The position numbers were made by a program, and so were the translations under genes. From NCBI GenBank assembly GCA_037447605.1, contig CM074815.1, positions 2,170,001-2,234,000 of the forward strand: DNA of 64,000 nucleotides, in the 5' to 3' direction. Source of the stretch: Zygnema circumcarinatum SAG 698-1b (lineage: Eukaryota; Plantae; Zygnematophyceae). The notes beneath the pieces are model-generated. The model was not told the DNA's origin. It did no database searches and saw only the letters and a list, made by a program, of their open reading frames with translations. Below are positions 1-10,173 of this stretch, piece after piece; within the stretch, counting starts at the first letter, position 1, and every line of letters begins with the position of its first letter.

Positions 1-71
1 CAGAAGCGAAAAACTTTTCCATCTGTGGGCTATGTTTTTTTTTTTATGTGCTTTTTTTTTTCAAATTTTCA

Positions 72-2705
72 GGGGCTGCCCGTTCTTAAATTCCACGACG
101 TGGGAACGGACAAGTACGGGAGCAGAGCCTCGGGACGTGAATTTGAGAAAAGATCGAGAAGACCCCATAAAGCATTCCTTCGTGTACGGACTCTCTCTTT
201 CCTGCCTCTCTCTCCATCTCTCTCCATCTCTCAGTCCTTCACTTTCTCTCCCTCTCACAGTCCTTCTCCCTCATTCCTTCTCTCTCATTCCCACTTTCTT
301 CCACTCTCATTCCCTCTCTCGCATTTCCCTTCACTCTCTCTACCCCACTTTCATACTTTCCCTCATGCCCCCTCCCCCTCTTCGCATTCCACACTCATTC
401 CGTCCATCTCTCCCTCTCTCGCTCCCTCTCTCCCTCTCTCCCGCACCCCTTCCCCAACCCATTGAGACATTCATTCATTCATTCGTTCAATTCATCCAAC
501 TCAAATGCGAATTCAAATCCAACATGTTAAAAGGAATCTGAAATTATATCTGTAGTATACTCATATCTGTAGTCATGATGAAGTGATAATGTGAAGTATC
601 TATCATGTATGGAGTTGCAGGGTCTTGAGAGGCAGAAGGAGAGCGGGAAGGGAGAGCGGCGGCAGGAGTGGAAGGATGTGTGGGAGTGGGAGAAGGCGAG
701 CAGCGCTCATGAAGAGCGAGAAAAAATGGAGGCATGGATCGCTGCCCGGAAAAAAAAACACGAAGAAAACCGAGCCATGCGAGCTTTATGGGGGAAGTCG
801 GATCAAAAAATTTCCGTTCAACCGGGAGAGCAGGAGGACAACATTTGGGAGGAGATGGATGACGTGGCATGGGGGGAAGGAAAGGTTCCGGAGGAAGAAT
901 CAGTACCTACCAAATCGACAGTTTTCGATTTGCAGGCAAGTGAAGCAGCGGCTGCTGCAAAGTGGGGACCTTCAAAGGAGGGAAATTTTGCTTGGAAGAT
1001 TATAAAGGGGTTGTTTGGTGGAGAGAGGAGGGAGGAAGAAGGGAAGGGAGAGGGAGAGGGGGAGAGGAATACTACAGGGCTGCATCCCTTAGAACTGGAA
1101 GTGAAGGAATACTGCCATGAAAATGGCATAGCTAGGCCTCCCCCTGGAGATGCAAAAGAGGATTTTTGTGAACTTGCGAGGTTGATAGAGGAGGAGCAGG
1201 TGGGAGAGGGGAGTAGGGAGAGAGGAGCTTCTGCTGCAGTGGTAGTGGAAGTAGCGAGCGAAGAGAGGGAGCTGAGAGCGGAAGGTGGGAGAGACAAAGT
1301 GAAGGATGCAGAGAGAGAGAGGCTTGCAGCGATGGATGTTTCGGAGAGTCCGGCTATGGACGAAGAGGGCGCAGACGGGGAGCGGTGGGAGGAGGGAGAT
1401 GGAGGGAGAGATATGGAGGGAGAGGCGGTGAGTTTGTTTACTAGAGGGAAGGTTCTCCCTTCCGAGGTTCTCCCTTTTGGAGTAGAGAAACCGGAGGGTT
1501 TGAGAGTGGCGAGAAGGAGAGCGGGAGCAGGATGGGCTGAGAAGGAGATGAGAGAGCTTGATGCGAGACATGGAGCACAAGCTTTTAGAAATGCGCTCGC
1601 TACCCAGGAGAGGAATAAGAAGGTGTCGGAGATAGTGGGAGAAGAGGGAGAGGGAGAGGGAGAGGGAGGGGGAGAGGGAGAAGGTGAGGGAGAGAGCAGC
1701 GGCGTTGTAAAGGTGCGTGAGACAGTGGTGGTATTGGCAGAGCAAGAGGCTGTTACACAGGAGGACGGAGTGAGAGTGACGAGTTTGGTTGCAGTGAGTG
1801 AGAATGAGGGAGAGAGAGAAGAGAAGGTAATGGTAGCGCATGAAGTATCACTGGAGGAGAAGGTGGTTGCAGGGGAGGGAGTGAGTAAGGGAGCCATGGC
1901 CGGCATTCAAGCTGTGTGGGAAAGATGGGTGAATGGAGAGAACTCTCCCTCTGAAGCTACAACTCCTCCTCCTTTAGAGAGTAAGAGGCAGCTGAAATCT
2001 AACGGAGCTTCGTTAAATGGCCGGCGTATTCGACGGAAGAAAGTGAAGGGAGTGGTAGTAGTGGATGCTGGGAGTGTGGGAGAGGGAGAGAGTGAGACAG
2101 CCGAGTCTCTACCTGTACCGGAAGGAAGGAAGCTTCCAGGAAAAGCGCAGGCAAACGGAACAGCCGAGAAGGGGAAGAAGAAGGCGAGGAGAAAGAGAGA
2201 GGGAGGAGGAGGGACAGTGGGAGGAGATCTCATGAGTGAGCCTGCGGAAGAGACTGTAGAGAGAGGCGAAACTGCGGGAGGAGGGAGGATAAGGATGAAG
2301 AGTGGGAGGGGGAGAGGGAGGGAGGAGGACACCTTAGAGAGGGAGAGGGACTCATCGATTCCGGGAGTCCGAAGCGATGTCAACGGCATATTGGAGAATG
2401 CTCCGGAAGTTTCCAGCAGCCCTCTTCCTCCTATTCAATATGAATCTCCGGTTATGAATGGTGCGAATTTCCATGTGGGATCGGACCCGGATCCGTTGTG
2501 GGCAGATGTGAGAACTGTGAAGGACCCGGAATCGGTTGCAACCAAAAAGGGGGGTCAAATTTCGGCGAGGCCGAACAGGGGGGGGCATAGCAGGAGAGGG
2601 TCGGGAGGTGCGGGAGGGAAGAGAGGTGGAGGAGGGGAAGGGAGGAGTTTGGGGACTGTGGGAGGGGAGGAGGAGGAGGTGGATGGGTGGAGACCGGAGG
2701 GCTAG
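72..2705 (+). CDS. 3' part of an unknown spliced gene with a long acidic Glu/Gly-rich low-complexity C-terminal exon (5' end outside the window)
   Basis: Exon 72-182 (ttttcag|GGG...CGT|gtacgg; GLPVLKFHDVGTDKYGSRASGREFEKRSRRPHKAFLR) joins in phase 0 to exon 621-2705 (ttgcag|GGT; GLERQKESGKGERRQEWKDVWEWEK...), an open frame of about 695 codons. No family recognised. Confidence 0.7.
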
Positions 2706-3680
2706 ATGTGTGATATGATTTTGGCATTGTGATATGATTTTGGTATTCGGACATTTCAAGATTAAAACTTTTTTAAAAAGAAGAAAGTCTTGAGGTCTTA
2801 AGTCATAGGTACTTGTGAGATGTTTCGTGGAGCTTAGGACTTGTGAGATGGAATGGTGGCTCAGAGGAAGAGAGGGAGAGGGAGTGGGAGAGAGAGAGGG
2901 AGGGAGAGGGTGCATGTTGATGTATGTGAGAGCAAACCCCAACACTTGGATTGGATTTGTAAGTTAATGTCTGCAAGGTTTTATCAGTGCTGAACTGAAC
3001 TAAACTGAACTGAACTGAACTGTCCAGTGGTACTACTATCACTATAAGAACGGCCAGTAATGTAATTGGTTAAACTTTTTTTTTTTTTTTGAGATCGACA
3101 CCAGAAAGTTTCCTGGCAAAAACGGCGAAGCGAGTTTGCGGCATTCTGTGCTTTACTCGCATCACCAAACCTGCAAAAGGGGCAGAGTTTGGGAAACCCT
3201 CAGCGGGAAAACTCAGAAAACTAGATTTTCCTCAAAAACCCAATAGCTGAGAAATGAACTAAAGGCTTAGGCCACGAGCTTTTTCCTGAGGCGAGCGGCT
3301 TCCAATCGCAGTTTGCCACGTAACAAAAGTGCACACGTGGCGAGTCACCATCGGATGGTGAACTTCAAAAAAAAAACTAAAACCAAAAAAACTAAAACTA
3401 GCGCAAAACAGATGCAACTTCGATGGCACTGATTTTTCTTCTTAGAAAAAAAGTAGTTCTAAACCCTAAATCTTGCCAAATATCCCCTAGGAGGATTATA
3501 AACCGGTACACACCTAAAATAAAAACTAAAGAACTGAAATCATGCAAACCAGCATGAATTGCTGTCCTTTTCTTTTCCGAACCTTTTTGAACTCTATGTT
3601 CAACTAAGCGAACGAATCTTTATCAAGAAAGGATATATGTACGTGCAGAATTTGAAAAAAGTCGTCAAAAATTTAAGGTG

Positions 3681-4901
3681 ATGGAGGAAGCTGATTTCGC
3701 GAAGCTGCTGGAGCAGTTTCCCCGAATCCGGGGGCCGGACTATGTGGTGCGCGCGCTTTGAAAATGCCCTAACAACCAATAATAGTTTCAGATTGAGGCC
3801 CCTTTTCTAAAGAGCTTATTTCGGATTCCTTTCTTTTTCATGTTTCAGTTTGTTAATTTCGTGGACTTATGTTGTTCCGGTCCTAAAGAGCGTTGAAGGT
3901 TTCCGAAATTGCTAATTAGGGCATGACGTGACTCCAGAGCTCTGTTTGAGTAGTTCTGAATGTCTTACAATGATAGATATCTTTGCAGGCTGGCAGCGTC
4001 CGAAATTCGACATCTTCTCCCTTTTCGTCTCCTCAATTTCGAAATCCATTTGATTTTTTTCAGCTACAGACTGCGCAGGTGCACTGACTCAACTCTCACT
4101 TACGGAAGGATGTTTCTTTTTCCGTGAAAAATGCGTAATCAATTCAGTGATTTATTCAGCAGATGCCTTCGTTACAATCGTTTAGTTTCAGGGTTGGAGT
4201 TTGGTTAGGGTCAGGATTAGGGTTAGAGTCAGGGCTAGGGTTAGGGTTAGGGTCAGGGGTAGGTTTAAAGTTAGGGTTGGGATAAGGGTTAGGGTCAGGG
4301 TTAGGGTTAAGGTTAGGGCTAGGGTTAGGGGTAGGGTTAGGTCTGGTTAGGGTTAGGGTTAGGGTTGGGGTTAAGGTTAGAGTTAGGGTTAGGTTTTGGG
4401 TTAGGGGTTCCTCCGCAAGCGTTAAAAAACCTAAAACAGTACACCCCAAACCAAACATTCTACTCCCCTCCTTCAATTTGCAGAACATCGCACCTCGAGT
4501 GAGGGCACTTATTGCGGAGGATACTGAAGAGAGGGCGGAAGACTCTAGCAGCCGCTCTTCAGTTGTCGGTTCGTTGAATTTTCCAAACTGACAAGTGATA
4601 AATAAAATAAAAAGGAAATGCAAGATATTTATTGACTATAGTGTTGACATTAAACAGACTTAAGCTCATTATAAGTCAGCATGGACAAAGGAACTGATAC
4701 TGAAACTGAAGCCATAGAAGCGCTCTGATGGAATGTTTGTGCAGACAACTTTTGGGAGCTGCTCGAGAGCAGAGCTGCGGAAAAGGTGTCAGAATCATCT
4801 CTCTCTCTCTCTCCCCCTGTCTCTCTTCCCGCTCTCTGACTCTCTCGCTCCCCTCCCTCTCTCCCTTCCCGCTCTCTGACTCTTTGACTCTCTCGCTCTC
4901 C

Positions 4902-4950
<49 letters not shown>

Positions 4951-5626
4951 GCGCCTGTGTCTCGCCCTACTCCATGGCCTGTCTACCTTGGGAGCTGGAG
5001 GCTGTCCGCTCGCCCTTTTCTTGCCTCCTTAAACTGTCGAAATTTACTAATTCAGAAAAAGTAGTGCCTCCAAAATTCTGAAAGTAGTTGCATTATTGCA
5101 CTGAGAATTTGTTATTTATTTTTTGTGCAGGTTGGTAAGGAAGCCGCTGCCCGCTTTCATGCAGCCTTTCAGGAGTGCCACGCAGAGCTGGTGAGAAATC
5201 TGAACGCGAACTAAAATATTTCTGTTTTTTAGGATAGTTTTCAGTTTTCTGATTCATCGAGTTTTAGGGTTTGTAGCAGTTTTGGGAGATGTTCAGATCT
5301 TGAGCTCCTTATTGTCCTCAGGAACTTTAGGGTTTCCTTTCATGGAGTGTCTCCTTTTAGTATGGAAATGTACGGCCTTGAACCCTTGGCCATTCGGGCA
5401 GCATTGAAATTTCTTAAACCTTCAGGAAATCTACGAATCCATAGATTTCCACAGATTCCATATATTCTCCTCCTGCTAAACCCTAAACCCTCAACCCTAA
5501 ACCCTAATTTTTGAACCCGGCGTGCAGGTGAAGGAGACTCTCTCTTTGGATGACATTGCGCGCATTGCGGGGGTGGAGTCGTACCGCCAAATCGTGATTT
5601 CAACTGCCGATCCTAAAGAGAGCTGA
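3681..5626 (+). CDS. Conserved plant hypothetical protein (MEExxFxxLLxxFPxxRxxDY ... FWxxL ... AxRFxxAF type), about 120 aa
   Basis: Phase-compatible exons 3681-3746 (MEEADFAKLLEQFPRIRGPDYV), 4064-4078, 4484-4568, 4745-4785 (DNFWELLESRAAEK), 5131-5190 (VGKEAAARFHAAFQECHAEL) and 5528-5626 (VKETLSLDD...*), with GT/AG boundaries. Resembles, from memory, a family of uncharacterised land-plant proteins. Confidence 0.75.
4190..4410 (+). repeat. Degenerate interstitial (TTAGGG)n telomere-like array in an intron
   Basis: Run of GGTTAG/GGTCAG/GGCTAG hexamers between exons 4064-4078 and 4484-4568. Confidence 0.85.
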
Positions 5627-8318
5627 ATCATGCTCTCACGCACTCTCTCCTCCTCTAAATCTCTCTCTCTCTCCTCCTGTTGATCCCACTCTCCCCCCCT
5701 CTCTCCTTCGCTTGCTCTCTCTCTCCCCCCTCTCTCCGCTAGCTCTCTCTCTCCCCTCCCTCTCCTTCTGTAGCTCTCTCTCCCCCTCTCTCCTTCTGTA
5801 GCACTCTCTCCTTCCCCTCTCTCCTTCTCTAGCTCTCTCTCTCCCCCCTCTAGCACTCTCTCTCCCCCTTCTCTCCTCTAGCTCTCCTTCTTCTCTCCCT
5901 CTCTCTCTCCGCCGCTCTCTCAACCCCCATCCCTCTCTCCCCCTAGGAGTTTCCCTAGATGTACAATTTTGACCAGGTAGCATGCATGCATGAATGCGTA
6001 TGTTGTGTCGTGGCCGTCCCACGATGTTCCGTTTGAGGGTTTTTGAGCCCACATTGGCGAGCCCAACTGAGGAACTGTTTGCATGGAAAGAAAACGAAGT
6101 GGCATTGATCTCACCATGGCGATCATGCCATCAAATAAACATGGACAAAATCAGCATTATGGGGAACCACGAGGAACTGGCCGCAAAGGACCTAAGGCCA
6201 AAAGTAAAAAGCTCGGAGCTGAAAGCTACGCCTACGACTAAAAAAAGGTGTCGTTGGGGGCACATGTCAGTCGTTCGTTTTTATTGCAGCATGGAGCCAT
6301 GCCGCGTGGCAGGACGCCATTGGCCAGCCCTTCCAAAAGTGCGCGTGCGTCCGTTTCTATGTGAAAAAATATAGCAAAAAAGAACTTTTTGACGCAGTGC
6401 TTACGTCATTGTTTCGGCAAACCCGGTTTTTCGATTCCAACTGAGAGCTTTGGCCTAGTGGCCGCATTCGCACTCCAAAATGGGGTAAAACTATATTTTC
6501 TTTGGGGTAGTGATATTTCCACCCCTTTTTTGGATCCAAACACCCTTTCCCGGCCGGGCAGATTTCTAAAAGGATTAAAAACGGAAAATGCTTTTTTCAC
6601 ACCTTTTTGGAATCGATACCCACCCTCCATCGGCAGATTTTATTTTTGCGAAACAAGGAAAATGATAAACCGTCACCCCATTTTGAATATCCCGCTTACC
6701 TGAATTTCTTTTCACGCGTGCGGTCAATCGCACCCGTCGATTCCCTCGCAAATCGCAACACGGCAGATCACTATTTGATCTGCAGCCGGGCTCGGTCACA
6801 GCGAATGGCACTGCCCACGTATCCCGCCAAAGTCGCCACAAAAGTTGTTTCGTACAAATGTCGTACGGTCGCAACTTTGAGGAACCCAACATTTCGTACA
6901 TTAGGGGGAGTCAGACCTTGACCATCGCCCGCGGAATTGCAAGATTTCGACCGCGGAAAGGTATTGATTTCGATTTCCGAATTCGGGTCGGAAACCACGG
7001 CTCCCCCCGAACCTGTCTGTCACGTCCGTACGGCGGAATAGGTTACAAAAATGCCCCCAAATTTCAGAATTCTGCGCTCCGAAACGGGGGGCCTCCAGAG
7101 GCCCCCCGTTTCGAAATTCCAGCTTTCCGCCGATCAGGAATCGTGCCCCGCCTTGTCGCCATGCGCGTCACGCACGTGCGAGCGCCTCACCGCCGCCGCC
7201 CGGACGCCGCGACCCGCCGCCGCGCAGAGCAGCGTTTCAGGGCTGGCACAGCTTTAGGGTTTCTCTTTCCCCCACCAACAACACCCACCTTGCGGCAAGC
7301 ACGTCCTCACGGACCTCATAAGCACCACGGGAGAGTGGTCAGCGAGGACGCGAAGTGACGACGGCGGAGTTGAGCAGCGGTGAGTCCTTGCCCTTGCACC
7401 TGCCCCTGCCTCCCTCGCCCTGGCCCATGCCTTCCTTGTCTCCCTTGCTGCTCTTTCTGCTGCTGCTGCTGCTGGTTTTTTTTTTGCTGCTTCTTTTTCT
7501 GCTGCTGTTGCTATTGCTGTGCTGCTGCTGCTCTTGCTGCTGGTACTGGCTGCTGCTGTGCTGCTGCTGCTCTTGCTGCTGGCTGCTGCTGCTGGCTGCT
7601 GCTGCTGCTTCTGCTTCTGCTGTTGCTACTGCTGCTGCTTCTGCTGTTGCTACTGCTGCTGCTTCTGCTGTTGCTCTTATTGCTTCTGCTGCTGCTGCTT
7701 CTGCTTCTGCTGTTGCTCTTATTGCTTCTGCTGTTGCTCTTATTGCTTCTGTTTTTTTTGCTGCTGCTTTTTCTACTGTTGTTGCTCCTATTGCTTCTGC
7801 TTCTTTTTCTGCTGCTGCTGCTGTTGCTGTGCTGCTGCTTCTGCTTCTGCTGTTGCTCTTATTGCTTCTGCTGTTGCTCTTATTGCTTCTGTTTTTTTTG
7901 CTGCTGCTTTTTCTACTGTTGTTGCTCCTATTGCTTCTGCTTCTTTTTCTGCTGCTGCTGCTGTTGCTGTGCTGCTGCTCCTACTCCTACTCCTGCTCCT
8001 CCTCCTGCTGCTGCTGCTGTTGCGGTTGCTGCTCTTGCTGCTGCTGCTACAGCATTCATTATTTTTTTTTGTTGCACAGCAGCATTCATTTTTTTTTTTG
8101 GCTGCTGCATTTCGCATTCTGAATTCCGCATTCCCCATTCCGCATTCGGCATTCCGCATTCCGCATTCTACCTCCCTTGCACCTGCTCCAGCCTCCCTTG
8201 CCTTTGCCCCTTGTTGTGTTGCCCTTGCCTCTGTCTTCCTTGCCTTGTGCCCTTCGTTCCTTTGCTTATGCTTCTGTTGTGTGTATGATTGTATGTCATT
8301 CCTCCCTCTCCCTATTAA

Positions 8319-8389
8319 GTTGAAGTGGCGAATTGGTTACGCAACTGTTGCAAAACAGTAATAAAGGGGTTCAAATCCCCTCTTCAACT
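8319..8389 (+). tRNA. tRNA-Cys(GCA)-like sequence, bacterial/organellar type, anticodon loop one nt short (probable pseudo-tRNA), copy 1
   Basis: Acceptor GTTGAAG/CTTCAAC plus U73; D-arm GCG-AATTGGTTA-CGC; anticodon stem ACTGT/ACAGT around TGCAAA; variable AATAA; T-arm AGGGG-TTCAAAT-CCCCT; T-run just downstream. Confidence 0.65.
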
Positions 8390-8759
8390 TGTAGTGTTTA
8401 TTCACTTTTCTATTTTTATTTATTTAAACTTTTTGTGTTTTTGCTTCATATGCCAAATATTTGTTGTTATTTTTTTTTAGTTGTTTTTATTCTATCTATC
8501 TATTCTTTATTCTATATTTTATCCTATCTGCTGCGGCTGTTGCTCTCGCTGCTGTTGCAGCATTCATTTTTTTTTGTTTTTGATGCTGCATTTTGCAATA
8601 CGCATTTTGCCTCCCTTGCACCTGCCCCAGCCTCCTTTGCCTTTGCCCCTTGTTGTGTTGCCCTTGCCTTTGTCTTCCTTGCCTTTGCTTGTGCCCCTCA
8701 TTCCTTTGCTTATGCTACTGTTGTGTGTATGATTGTATGTCATTCCTCCCTCTCCCCAA

Positions 8760-8838
8760 GTCAAAGTGGCGAATTGGTTACGCAACCGTTGCAAAACATT
8801 GCAACAGTAATAAAGGGGTTCAAATCCCCACTTCAACT
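8760..8838 (+). tRNA. Degenerate tRNA-Cys-like copy 2 (insertion in the anticodon arm)
   Basis: GTCAAAG TGGCGAATTGGTTACGC AACCGTTGCAAAAC[ATTGCA]ACAGT AATAA AGGGGTTCAAATCCCCA CTTCAAC T; acceptor stem mismatched. Confidence 0.5.
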
Positions 8839-9678
8839 TGTAGTGTTTTTATATTCTTCTAATTTTTATTTATTTAAAGTTTTTGTGTTTTTGCTTTATA
8901 TGCCAAACATTTGTTGGTATTTTTTTTAGTTGTTTTTATTGCTTTTTACCATCTCCTTCAAAACTTTGAATTGGGTTGTTGTTGTAGCGCAATTTAGAAC
9001 ATTGAATACGCTTCTCCCATGAATGTACAAATGAAACACAAAGTAATGGCTTGTGTGGAATCTCAAGTGAAGATGCAACGTCAAAGACTGGAGTGGGAGA
9101 AACAACAATGAGAGTTTACTGAGGCAAGGCGAATCCAAGATGAAGAAGAAGAACAAAACTTACAAATATAAGATTCTCAAGAAGAACAAAGATTACACAT
9201 TATTGGAGCAGCGTAAAAAATCTATTAATGTTAAAACATGATATTATTTGCATTTAGAATCGCTTAAAGTAGAGTACAGGAGAACTCAAAAAAGTGTGTG
9301 CACAAAGAGAGGGAGGGAAGGAGGCCAGGGGGGGGGTGTCTTAGTGACACCAGTACTTACTAAATTGAGAATGAATGGCACAAGTTTTTATAATGAGACA
9401 TGGTTTTTATTTTGTATACAAAAAGTATTTTTATATATGTTTGTGTGTATGTATATATGTGTATGAATTATTTGCGTGAATGTGTTTTTATAAGAACAAA
9501 GAAAGAGTAGTAGTTGTGTATGCTACAAGGAAGATTCAGAAACATTTATACAATCTCATCAATTGAAACAAATAAAGGTAAAAAGCAAAAAAGACAACAA
9601 AAAAATAACAACAAATATTTGACATATGAAGCAAAAACACAAAAACTATAAATGAATAAAAATAGAATAAACACTACA

Positions 9679-9749
9679 AGTCGAAGAGGGAATTTGAACC
9701 CTTTTATTACTGTTTTGCAATAGTTGCGTAACCAATCCACCACTTCGAC
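9679..9749 (-). tRNA. Degenerate tRNA-Cys-like copy 3
   Basis: Reverse complement GTCGAAG TGGTGGATTGGTTACGC AACTATTGCAAAACAGT AATAA AAGGGTTCAAATTCCCT CTTCGAC T. Confidence 0.5.
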
Positions 9750-10102
9750 TTAATTGGAAGGGGAGGAATAACATACACTCATACACAACACAAGCATAGG
9801 CAAAGGAACTGGAGGCGGTAGACTGAGGCAAGGGAGGCAGAATGCGGAATGCGGAATGCGGAATGCGGAATGCGGAATGCGGAATGCCGAATAGGGAATG
9901 CGGAATGCAAAATGTAGCAGCAAAAAAAAAGCATGCTGCAACAGCAATAGCAGCAGCAGAAGCAGATAGAATAATATATAGAATAAAGAATGGATAGATA
10001 GAATAAAAACAACTAGAAAAAATAACAACATATGTTTGGTATATGAGGCAAAAACACAAAAACTTTAAATAAATAAAAATAGAAGAATGAATAAACACTA
10101 CA

Positions 10103-10173
10103 AGTCAAAGAGGGGATTTGAACCCCTTTATTACTGTTTTGCAACAGTTGCGTAACCAATCCGCCACTTTGAC
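10103..10173 (-). tRNA. tRNA-Cys(GCA)-like copy 4 (all stems perfectly paired, 6-nt anticodon loop)
   Basis: Reverse complement GTCAAAG TGGCGGATTGGTTACGC AACTGTTGCAAAACAGT AATAA AGGGGTTCAAATCCCCT CTTTGAC T. Confidence 0.65.

Noticed and set aside
7355-8361. Long poly-Leu/Ala/Cys ORFs (and their inverse at 10131-11667)
   Set aside because: Translations of GCT/CAG trinucleotide tracts inside the foldback arms, open in several frames with no domain content.
8319-8389. Selenocysteine or allo-tRNA interpretation of the tRNA-like module (9-bp acceptor extension)
   Set aside because: No long variable arm, no UCA anticodon and a standard 5-bp T-stem, so a mutated tRNA-Cys fits better.
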